NCBI GenBank assembly: GCA_963833225.1
Contig: CAWHXD010000019.1
Span: 608,001-672,000 of the forward strand
Length of the DNA: 64,000 nucleotides
Reading direction: 5' to 3'
Source: an uncultured Chloroflexia bacterium
GTDB taxonomy: Bacteria; Chloroflexota; Limnocylindria; Limnocylindrales; CSP1-4
Shown here: positions 29,606 through 39,460 of the stretch, piece after piece
Position numbering within the stretch: the stretch's first letter is position 1
Layout: every line of letters starts with the position of its first letter
Program-made: the position numbers and the translations under genes
The notes under the pieces: generated by a model
Database searches by the model: none
The model's input: the letters and a program-made list of their open reading frames with translations, nothing else
What the model was told of the DNA's origin: nothing

Positions 29606-29649
29606 GATGAGCCGCCGGTGAGCAGCGTTTGAGGGGGCGATGAGCGGCC
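29606..29649 (-). promoter_or_regulatory. Four 11-bp-phased direct repeats, probable SARP/wHTH binding site
   Basis: GATGAGCCGCC, GGTGAGCAGCG, TTTGAGGGGGC, GATGAGCGGCC; TGAG core at 29608, 29619, 29630 and 29641. Confidence 0.7.
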
Positions 29650-29670
29650 GGAACGGCCTGCTCGGCGGGT

Positions 29671-32600
29671 TCATGGCGGCGCTGCGGTGCGGACCTGTTC
29701 GATCACGTCGACCTCGCGAAGGATGGAAGCGATCGCAGAGCCCGCCGGCGCCTCCGCGACTCGAAGGGCCGACTCCGGAAAGGCGATCGTGCCGAGGCTC
29801 CGTGGCATCCGGTCTGAGGCGTCCGGACGGAACTCCCCTGCGCTGATCGCGGACGCCACGAGGCTCGCGGGGATCCGCTCGCCGGCTGGCCGGTCCACCA
29901 GCGTGCCCAGGGAGACGGTCGGGACTAGTCCGCTCCCCAAATCGTGAGCGACGAGTAGGGACGCGAACTCGGCGCCGAGGAGGTGACGCACAAGCGCCCG
30001 GACCTCAGGCCGATCCCGGAGGACCACCAGCATGTACACGCGACCACGGAGCTGCTGCGAGCCTTCCCCACCGATGGGGAACTTGATCGGCGTCAGGTCT
30101 TCCCGGACGGCACCTGCCCACTGGGCCCGTTGATCTCCGCTTGCATGGATGAGCCAGCAGGCAGGGAGCTCATCGGAGCCCATTTCGAGGGCGACCCATG
30201 CTGCAGGCGTCCGGACCGCCGCATCCGGGCCGCCCTGAATGGCGCCGTCGAGGTGGATCAGGGCGTGGTACTGCTCGTACGCTCCCACGACCAGCGGATG
30301 ATTGAAGCTGAACAGGCCCGACGCCCACCTGTCGTACCACTCCGTCGTCAGGCGATCGAGGACAAGATCCTCGATGAGGTCCGCGCCGTTGGCCCCGTCG
30401 TGCTCCCCCCCAACCAGGCCCAGGCACCACGGCGTACGCCCGTCGGCGATCATCCGCTCGACGAGCCGCTCCAGGTCGGGCCAGGTTGCCGGAGGTTCGT
30501 AGCCGGCCTTCGCGAACGCCTCGGCCGGGTACCACAGCAGGCTTGAGGCCGTGGCCGCGATCGGTGCGCCGACGAAGCTGGTCCCATCGCCAGTCGAGCC
30601 AGCGCCGCGCGATCCGACCCAGCTCAGGTCGGCCAACGGGCCCGCTGCGAGCGTCGCCACCTCGGCCGGCGACAGGATGTCGTCGAGGGCGATCAGCGAT
30701 CCGGCCCGGTCGAGATCGGTGATGTCACCGGGTCGAGCAAGGATGGCGACGTCTGCCTGCTCGACGGCCGGTCCTGGGTCAGTGGCGCCGACGTCCGACG
30801 TGATGGCGATGGTTGGCCCCTCTGCCGCGTAGTTGACGAGCGCGTTGCTCAGGTCGGCGGGCAGCTGCGAGAAGACCCGCACGTTCGCTCCCGGGCTGCC
30901 AGCGTCCGCCAGCTCATCCATTGCCACCGGGCCGTCGGCCGTCATGACCCTCAGGTCGCTGTCGCTTCAAGTCCCCGCCCGCGACCGGACAGGCCGGCTG
31001 GTGGAGGTAGACCCGGCATTCGGCGGTCGTCAGGACCCGCCCGGCACCCGTCGTCGCGACCTCGATGAGGTCCGCACCGCGCAGCAGGTACACCCCTCGA
31101 GGACCGTTCCGGGCGATGCGGATGGCGCTCGGTGCGGCCTCGATCGGATAGGGGATCCGGGTCTCTTGGATCGCCCAGTGGAGTGCGTCGAGCGCCTCCT
31201 CCGTGATCCAGCCTCGATCGGCCGTGGCCCGTGCCGCCTCGACGGCGAGGAGCAGTGACAGGGTGGGATCCACGTCCAGCCGCCCATTCGCGGCGACCGC
31301 CAGCTCGCGTGCCGTGGCGATCGCCCGATCCTCGCGGGCGCCCTCCGCCTGGCGCCAGACGACGGCGAGCAGCCCCGAAGCGCCGACGACCGCCACGAGC
31401 AGCACCGCCACGAGCGCCCGGAGCCACGTCGCGGCCCGTCGCTCCAGCCGGCGCTCCTGGTCTCGGCGATCTCGCTCGGCCAATTCGATGCGTCGACGCT
31501 CGGCCAGGCTCGCGTCGAGCAGCTCGCGCTCCGGAGCGTCGAGGCGGATGTCGGTTGCGGCGCTCCAGGCCTCGAACAGGTCGAGGCGGCTGCCGGACAG
31601 GAGGAAGCCCGGATCCCGGTGCGCGGCCTCCCATTCGGTGGCCGTGGCCTTCAGCCGCGTCTCCATCCAGAGGGCCTCCTCCGCCTCCTGGATCCACCCC
31701 GCGAGGCGCGGCCAGTGCGTGAGCAACGCCTCGTGGGCCAGCTCGACCGTTGCTCGGCCGGTGCGGGGGTCGCGGTCGAAGCCAAGCAGTCGCCATCGAC
31801 CAAACGCCTCGAGCAGGTCGTCGATGCGCTCTGGCGCCGGCTCGATCGACCGCAGGTCGTCCATGACGACCCGCCGGGCAGCGACGCTCCGCCCTTCGCC
31901 GACGGCGGCCAGGCGCAGGAACAGCTGGCGAGCGACATCGCGCGACGGCTGGTCGAGCGACGCGAAGACCGTCTCCGCGCGCCGACCGACAGCACCGGCG
32001 ATGCCTCCGATCGCGGCGTAGGACCCGCGGCTGAGCTGCTGTCCGTCGGCTCGCTCGAACAGCTCGGTGAGGGCGAACTGGAGTAGCGGGAGCGCCCCCG
32101 GCCGGTCGATGACGTCCGCCTCGAGGTCCGCGGCGAGCCCGGGCTCGAGCTCGACGCCGACCGCGGCGGCCGGTCGCACGATTGCCCGCTCGAGCTCGTC
32201 GCGGGTCAGCGGGGTCACGACCTCGATGCCGTCCCGGATGAGTGCCCCGAGCTCGGCGCTGAGCAGTGGCCGGTCGAACCAGTCGGCTCGCAGCGAGGTG
32301 ACGACGGTCGGGCGCGGCGGAGGTCCTGTGAGCGCGGCGGCGATGCCGCGCAGGAACCTGGCGGGCGCCGCTGGGTCGGTCGCCAGCGCGAACAGCTCCT
32401 CGAGCTGGTCGATGACCAGGAGCAGGGGGCGAGGATCGGCGGCGGCCGCCCGAGCGAGCGTGGCGCCCACGTCGGCGGGGTCGGCCCCCACCGCCAGGCC
32501 GGGTCCCTCCGCGCCGGAGACGACAGCGTCGAGCGAGCGCAGGAGCGCCTCCTCCGGACGGTTGCCCGGAAGCATGATCGCAACCCGCCATTCCGCGTGG

Positions 32601-33607
32601 CCGGGATCCGATCGCGCCCGCAGCAGCGGCAGGAGCCCTGCCCGAATGACGCTCGACTTGCCGCTTCCGCTGGGTCCAACGAGAAGCAGCAGGTGGTTCG
32701 TCCGAGACACCGCGTCGAGGCGCTCGAGAAGCCTCGCCGCGAACATCTCGCGCCCGAAGAAGTCAGTGGCGTCCGCTTCCCCGAAGGGCCGCAGGCCCTT
32801 GTACGGGTTCCGCGGTCCGGAGGCGGGCCGCGCGAGATCGAGCTTCACGTCCTGGCGCAGGATGGCGAGCTCGAGCGCCTGGAGCTCAGGCGAGGGATCG
32901 ATGCCGAGCTCGTCGGCGAGGAGGTGGCGACCCTCCTGGTAGACGCGCAGGGCATCGGCCTGGCGGCCGACACCGTAGAGGGCGCGCATCAGCTGGGCAC
33001 GCAGATGTTCGCGCAACGGCTCTTCGGAGACGAGCGCCTCGAGCTCGCCGGTGATGTCGCCGCCATGACCGAGCGCGAGGTCTGCTTCGAAGCGATCCTC
33101 GAGCGCTCGCAGCCGAAGCTCTCGAAGGCGAGCGATCTCCGGCTGCAGGAACGCGAGGTCGGCGAGGTCCGCGTACTGGTCGCCGCGCCACAGCGCCAGG
33201 GCGTCGCGAAGTCTCGCGGCGGCGACTGCCGGTTCACCGGCGAGACGCTCGTGGCCTTCGCTCGCCAGCCGCTCGAAGCGGGTCGCGTCGATCGCGTCGG
33301 GCTCGATGCGCAGGGAGTAGCCGCCCGCCTCGGTCGCGATCAGTCCCCGACCGCTGGCTGGACCGGGAACGTCGCCCGACACGGGCTCCAGCGCTGCCCG
33401 AAGCCGCGACACGTGGAACGCCACGCTTCCGGCGCCGCTCTCCGGCCGCGCATCGCCCCAGAGCGCGTCGAGGATGCGCTCGGTCGGGACCGTCCGTCCG
33501 GCGTGGACGAGGAGCAGCGCGAGCAGGGCACGCTGGCGCTGGGACGCGATCGCGATGGCCTGGCCATCTTCGACAAGCTCGAGGGGGCCAAGGACCCGGA
33601 TCTCCAA
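29671..33607 (-). CDS. SARP wHTH-BTAD-STAND NTPase-TM-extracellular solute-binding fusion regulator (~1310 aa if the frameshift near 30966 is corrected)
   Basis: MEIRVLGPLEL, ALALWRG and PLREHLRAQLMRALY (SARP/BTAD); RNPYKGLRPF, GPSGSGKS and LVIDQLEE (nSTAND1-type); TM helix; SLLWYP...AGYEPPATW...DGRTPWCLG (family-1 SBP) in the second frame with no signal peptide of its own. Confidence 0.8.
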
Positions 33608-33769
33608 CCGGCGCCCTCGCTGCGAGTTCCGGCGACGTCGAGCGTCGATGCTAGGCCGGAGGCAGCGAGGTGGCTATGGCCGTCCGGCCTGTCAGGTGGT
33701 CCCGGGCGGCGGTCCAGCCCGCGTGGTCCTGCTCTCGGTCCTGCCCGCTCCCGAGCAGGCCGAGGGCCG

Positions 33770-34463
33770 TCAGGACGACAGCTTGGGGCCGCGGTTGAGG
33801 ATTCCCGGCAGCAGCAACCCGAGCACCGCCGCAACCACCAGGATCACCAGCCCGGCGAGCGTCGTTGGATCCAGGATCCCGAACTGCTCGGCCGCCAACG
33901 CGAGACCGAGGCCACCGAGGGCGCCGAAGATGAGCCCCACGATCCGTGACCCGATCCCGCCGCCGTTGAGCATCGTGAGCAGCAGGACCAGCGCGCCGAC
34001 GATCGCGGCCGCGACGCCGCCGCCCCCGAAGACGGTCAGGAGCGGGTTCACGTCATCGATGATGATCCGGACCTCGCCGCTGCAACCCCCGCCCTCGCCA
34101 CTCGAGGATCCGGCGACGGTGAACCGGGCGCCCAGCGCCGTGAAGGCCGCCACGGAGACCCCCTGGACCTCGCCGGTGGTGCCGCCATCCCCGCTGCCCG
34201 AAGCGATCGGCAGCTGGAGGCCAAGCGCGTAGGCACCGACCGACGCCGCCGTCTGCTTGGACGGGGCGGTCCCGGAGCCGCCGGCCACGTCCGTCGACTT
34301 GCAGGTGCCACTCTGCCGCGGTCGTGAGATCGATGGCGCCGGTTGACGTCGAGGTACCGGTGACCTTGCAGCCTCCGGTGACGGTGGCCGCGGCCACCGC
34401 CGGGATCGCCAGCGCGAGGGCTGCCGCAAGGATGGGCGCGATCGTGTTGTGGATTCTGGGCAT
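33770..34463 (-). CDS. Hypothetical exported/membrane protein (signal peptide, two-Cys domain, three C-terminal TM helices); frameshift near 34301
   Basis: MPRIHNTIAPILAAALALAIPAVAAA leader joins the 33770 frame at HL/KSTDVAGG; GGAGGAGG RBS; TTGACG-16-TAGAGT promoter upstream. Confidence 0.65.
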
Positions 34464-34599
34464 GTGCACGGCCTCCTCCGTCCCGTTCCCCCGGGATCCA
34501 GCGAGCGGATCCTCACCCCCTCACTCTAGGCGCGGGGCCCCGTGCGTCAACCCCTCGGCGGTCGAGTGACGTAGCATCAGCCTCGCCCGAGGAGGTCCC

Positions 34600-35821
34600 G
34601 TGTCGTCGCCCCGCAAGGTCGCGCTGTTCACCAACGAATACCCGCCAAACGTCTACGGTGGCGCAGGCGTGCACGTCGAATACCTCAGCCGCGAGCTGTC
34701 CCGCCTGGTTCCGGTGGAGGTCCGTTGCTTCGGCGACCAGGATGCCGACGAGCCCAACCTCCGGGTGAAGGGCTACGGCCCGTGGGCGGAGGCCACCCAC
34801 GACACGGACCCGCGCTTTCGGGGCGCGCTCGACGCCTTCCAGCGCAACCTGGCGATGGCCAAGGACACCCTCGACGCGGACGTCGTCCACTGCCATACCT
34901 GGTACGCGGACATGGCCGGATTCCTGGCCAAGAAGCTGTGGGGCGTGCCGCTGGTCCTGACGACGCACTCGCTCGAGCCATTGCGTCCGTGGAAGGTGGA
35001 GCAGCTCGGCAACGCCTACGAGCTCTCGGGCTGGATGGAGCGGACGACGATCCTCGATGCCGACGCGCTGATCGCGGTATCGCGGGAGACGACGGGCGGA
35101 CATCCTGCGCTTCTTCCCCGTTGACCCCGCCCGGATCCACGTCATCCACAACGGGATCGACCTCGACGAGTACCGCCCGGATCCCCGGACCGCCTTCCTC
35201 GAGCAGTACGGAATCGACCCCGACCGTCCGTTCGTGCTGTTCGTCGGCCGGATCACCCGCCAGAAGGGGATCATCCACCTCGTCAACGCGATCCCCGAGA
35301 TCGATCCGTCGCTCCAGGTGGTGCTCTGTGCCGGCGCCCCCGATACCGCCGAGATCGGGGCCGAGATGGCGCAGCGGGTGGCCGAGGTGAGCGCAGGCCG
35401 GGCCGACGTGACCTGGGTCCGGGAGATGCTGCCGCGTGAGGCTGCGATCCAGCTCTACTCGCACGCGGCGGTGTTCTGCTGTCCGTCCGTCTACGAGCCG
35501 TTCGGGATCATCAACCTCGAGGCGATGGCCTGTGAGACGGCGGTGGTGGCGTCCGCGGTGGGGGGCATCCCGGAGGTCGTGGTACCCGAGGAGACAGGGC
35601 TGCTGGTCGACCCGCGGATCCGCGAAGGGACGTTCGACCCGGTCGATCCGGCGGCGTTCTCAGCCGGCCTGGCCGAGGCCATCAACCGCGTCGGGCTGGA
35701 CGAGGCGCTCCGGGAGCGGATGGGCCGGGCGGGCCGGCAGCGCGCGAGGACCACTTCAGTTGGGCTGCGATCGCGCAGCCAGACGCTCGACCTGTACGGG
35801 CGGCTGCTGGACGCCCGGTAA
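34600..35821 (+). CDS. glgA: GT4 glycogen synthase / alpha-maltose-1-phosphate synthase (actinobacterial GlgA/GlgM type); frameshifts near 35092 and 35750
   Basis: TNEYPPNVYGGAGVHV, HCHTWY, HSLEPLRPWKVEQLG, FVGRITRQKG and SVYEPFGIINLEAMAC motifs. Confidence 0.9.
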
Positions 35822-35826
35822 CCAGG

Positions 35827-36561
35827 TCAGTCGGCCTCTCCGATCTCGTAGGCCATCAGCCGGCGGACGGCCACGGCCAGGGCGATGGCGAAGACCACGA
35901 CCGAGAGGGCGATCGCCACGCCTCCGGCCAGCAGCTCCCCGGCGGCAGCCCGGGAACCGCCCGCGGTCGCGTCCGCGATGGACAGCGCGTACTGGCGGAT
36001 GGAGAAGGTCCGGGTCCCCGCGAACAGGCCGGCCAGAAAGCCTTCCCATGCGAGGACGTAGATGAGCCCGATCGCGAGCGCCCTGGACGTCACCAGGCTG
36101 AGCGCCAGGAAGATCGTCACGTAGAGCACCGCCGCGACGGCCGCCCCGAGCCCATAGCCGGCCGCCGTGGCCAGCCCGGTGCCCCCGGCTGCGAGGATCG
36201 CCCCGGCGATGACGGCGGCGGGCGCGGTGACCACCACGGCCAGCCCGGCCGCCGCGGCCGTCTTGGCGGCGACGATCCGCCACCGCGCGATCGGCTTGGT
36301 GATCAGGTAGATGGCCGTTCCATCGTCGAGCTCCGAGCCGAGAGCGGCCGTCCCGAAGACGAGCGAGACGAGCGGGACGAGGGTCGAGATGACCAGGCGG
36401 TCCATGATCGTGTCGGTGACTTCGGTGATCCCCGACTCCTGCCCCGACAGCCGGACGAGCAGCGCGATCAGGATCGGCAGCGCTCCCAGCAGCGACACGA
36501 GCAGGCTCCGCCGCCGCCCGGTCAGGGCACGCACGGTCAGCGCGGCGATCAGCCGGATCAC
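35827..36561 (-). CDS. ABC-2 type permease
   Basis: SELDDGTAIYLITKPIARWRIVAAK; six TM helices. Confidence 0.88.
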   Translation of the reverse strand: MIRLIAALTVRALTGRRRSLLVSLLGALPILIALLVRLSGQESGITEVTDTIMDRLVISTLVPLVSLVFGTAALGSELDDGTAIYLITKPIARWRIVAAKTAAAAGLAVVVTAPAAVIAGAILAAGGTGLATAAGYGLGAAVAAVLYVTIFLALSLVTSRALAIGLIYVLAWEGFLAGLFAGTRTFSIRQYALSIADATAGGSRAAAGELLAGGVAIALSVVVFAIALAVAVRRLMAYEIGEAD

Positions 36562-37539
36562 CGGCGCACCAGGTAGCCAAAGACGCTCTCGAGATCCTCG
36601 TCCGTCGGCTGGACCTCGAGCAGCGTGATGCCGGCATCACGGGCGATGACCGCCAGGGAGCGCGCAAACGCCAGGTAGTCGGAGGTGCGCACGGACAGCC
36701 TGCCCTCGCCAAGCTCGACCCCGAAGACCGCCGGGTGGCCGACGAGCCCCGCCGCCAGGTGGCGGTCGTCCGACGAGTGGATGGTGAACGTGTGCGGGCG
36801 GTCGGTCATCAGCCGCCGGATCTCGCGGAAGTCGCCCGATGCCGCCAGGCGCCCGGAGACGATCACCAGGACGTTCTGGGCGAGCCGCTCGACCTCCTCG
36901 AGGATGTGCGAGCTGAACAGGATCGTGCGCCCCTCGCCGGCCATCCGACGCAGGAGATCCATCATGTGCAGGCGCTGGCGCGGATCCATGCCGTTGAACG
37001 GCTCGTCGAGCAGGAGGATCGACGGCTCGTGGACGAGGGCTCCCGCGATCTTCACCCGCTGGCGCATCCCCTTGGAGTAGGTCCCGATCGTGCGACCGGC
37101 GGCATCAGCCGAGCTCGACCGTCGCGACCGCACGGTCGGCCGCCGCCTCAGGGTCGGGCAATCCCTGGAGCCGGGCGTTGAGCAGGGCGAAGTCGCGCCC
37201 GGTCAGGAACGGGTAGACCGCCTCCCGCTCGGGAACCAGCCCGACGCGCCGGTAGATCGCCGGGTCGCGCCAGGCCGGCCGGCCGGTGATCGCAACCTGT
37301 CCGGCCGATGGCCTGAGCAGGCCGGCGATGAGGTGGAGGAGGGTGGACTTGCCCGCCCCGTTCGGGCCGAGCAGTCCGGTGACCCCCGGCCGCAGGGTGA
37401 ACGAGATGTCGTTGACCGCGACCACGTTGCCGTACCAGCGCGAGACCACCTGGAGCTCCACGGCGGCGGTGGGATCGAGCGGGCGTGGCGGAGCCGCAGG
37501 CACGCCCCAGCCGGCCAGTCGCGGGTCGCCGGCCGTCAT
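36558..37539 (-). CDS. ABC transporter ATP-binding protein; frameshift near 37115
   Basis: GPNGAGKST in the 37105 frame; YSKGMRQR, LLLDEP and SSH in the 36558 frame. Confidence 0.88.
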
Positions 37540-38421
37540 GCCTCGATCCTCCGGTACCGCCAGACGAGGCCGAGCGCGGCGACGGCAGCAACGACCAGCG
37601 CTCCGATGGCCAGCGCGGCGGTGGGGATGGACGACGCTCAGAGCGGCCTCGGCGCTCGGCCGGACGCCGAAGAACCAGGCGTTGACTCCGTCGAGCAGGG
37701 ACCCGATGTCGATCATGATGATCCAGTCGGACAGCCGCCCCGGGTCGATGGCGATGACGATGGCCGCGATGATCCCGGGGATGATGAACACGCCGAAGAT
37801 CGCCGCGGTCGCGTAGGCGCGACGCGGCGTGAACGAGGCGGCCAGGAGGGCCACGGCGGCGAGGGTGACCGCGATGACCACCGATGAGCCGAGGACCGGG
37901 GGCAGGGTGGCGGCCTCCGTTCGGAGCGCCGTGACGATGTCCGGATCGAGCAGGATGGTCCCGGCGCCGAGCAGGAGGTGGGGGACGAGCAGGATCGTCA
38001 GGGTCCCGATGCTCATGGCTGCGAGCTTGGCCAGCGCATAGTCGGTGCGGCGCAGCGCCCGCGAGAAGTACAGGGTGAGGACCCGGTAGCGCTGGTCACG
38101 ACCGAGCAGCTCCGGCGCCTGGGCCGCGACGAACAGGAGCGGGAACACCGAGACCGCCGCATACAGCCCGTCATGCCCGGGGATGCCCGGGACGTCGCCG
38201 AGGTCGACCTGGGCCGCGAGGGCGCGGACCCCGACGAGGATCAGGGCGATCAGCGCCGGAAACCCCACGCAGACGACCGGCAGGATCTTCGCCCGGCCGT
38301 TCCGGCCGATGCCGAAGACGCTCCGGGCCGAGTGCCGGACCAGGGTCGAGACGGCGTGGCGGCGGCCGAGGCGCGGGCCGTCGTAGCCGCGATAGCCGAG
38401 GTCGTAGATGCTGCCGCTCAC
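37536..38421 (-). CDS. ABC permease; frameshift near 37620
   Basis: GSIYDLGYRGYDGPRLG and APELLGRDQRYRVLTLYFSRALRRTDYALAK; ends RYRRIEA* in an ATGA overlap. Confidence 0.82.
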
Positions 38422-39419
38422 GATGCGGCTCCACCGGGTGTCGTCGCCGGATCGACGGCCGCCTCGTCGCCGCGGTCCTGGTCGCGGAAGAGGTCCTCGA
38501 GGCTGTGCCGGCTGCGCGTGATCCGGACCAGCGGCAAACCCAGGTCCACGACGGCATCGCGGATCAGGTCGTACGGCGCGGTGTCGCCGAGGGCGATGCG
38601 GACCTCCCGGTCCTCGCCGATCCCCGCGCGAGCCAGCACCCGGAGGCCGCGCTCACCGAGCCGGGTCGCCAGGGCGTCACGCCCCTCCTCGACCTCGACG
38701 CTGAGCACGCCGGTCTCGGTCGTGAACTCCGCCAGGGGTGCGGCCCGGAGCAGTCGACCGGCGTCGATCGCCACCAGGTAGTCACACACCGCCTCGATCT
38801 CGCCGAGCAGGTGGCTGGCCAGGATGATCGCGATCCCGAACTCGTGGCCGGTCCGGCTGATGAGCTCGAGCATCTCGTCGCGGCCGGCCGGATCCAGGCC
38901 GTTGGTGGGCTCGTCGAGCAGCAGTAGGCGCGGGTCATGGACGAGGGCCTGGGCGAGCTGGACCCGCTGGCGCATCCCGGTGGAGTAGCCGCCGATGGGC
39001 CGGTAGCGCTCCTCGTACAGGCCGACGTGTCGGAGGACGTCGGACGTCCGCTCCCGGGCAGCCGCCCGCGGCAGGCCGGATAGCTGGCCCAGGTGGGCGA
39101 CCAGCTCGGTTGCGCTGATGTCGGGCGGCAGCGCGTTGTGCTCGGGCATGTAGCCCACCCAGCGGCGGAGCTCGGTTCCGTGGGTGGTCGGATCGATGCC
39201 CAGGACGGCGACGCGGCCGCTGCTTGGCGCCAGGAGCCCGAGCAGGATCCTGATCAGGGTCGACTTGCCGGCCCCGTTCGCGCCCACGAGCCCCACGATC
39301 CCAGGGGAAAGCTCGAGCGTCAGGGCGTCCAGCGCGGTCACGCTCGTGAACCGCTTCGTCAGCGACTCGACGCGGACGATCGGGGCGCCGTCACCAGGAG
39401 CCGTCCGGTGGGCTGTCAC
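38418..39419 (-). CDS. ABC transporter ATP-binding protein
   Basis: GANGAGKST, YSTGMRQR, LLLDEPTNGLDP and ASH. Confidence 0.92.
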   Translation of the reverse strand: MTAHRTAPGDGAPIVRVESLTKRFTSVTALDALTLELSPGIVGLVGANGAGKSTLIRILLGLLAPSSGRVAVLGIDPTTHGTELRRWVGYMPEHNALPPDISATELVAHLGQLSGLPRAAARERTSDVLRHVGLYEERYRPIGGYSTGMRQRVQLAQALVHDPRLLLLDEPTNGLDPAGRDEMLELISRTGHEFGIAIILASHLLGEIEAVCDYLVAIDAGRLLRAAPLAEFTTETGVLSVEVEEGRDALATRLGERGLRVLARAGIGEDREVRIALGDTAPYDLIRDAVVDLGLPLVRITRSRHSLEDLFRDQDRGDEAAVDPATTPGGAAS

Positions 39420-39460
39420 CGGGCGATGGTACTGGGCGCCAAGCGCACGCTGCCCGGCGG

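Noticed and set aside
30914-33607. Avs-type anti-phage STAND defence system
   Set aside because: The N-terminal effector is a SARP DNA-binding/BTAD module rather than a nuclease, TIR or SIR2 domain, and there is no defence-island context.
28804-34500. Integrative element or prophage inserted at tRNA-Gly
   Set aside because: No integrase and no duplicated tRNA 3' end (att site) found by eye; at most a variable region.
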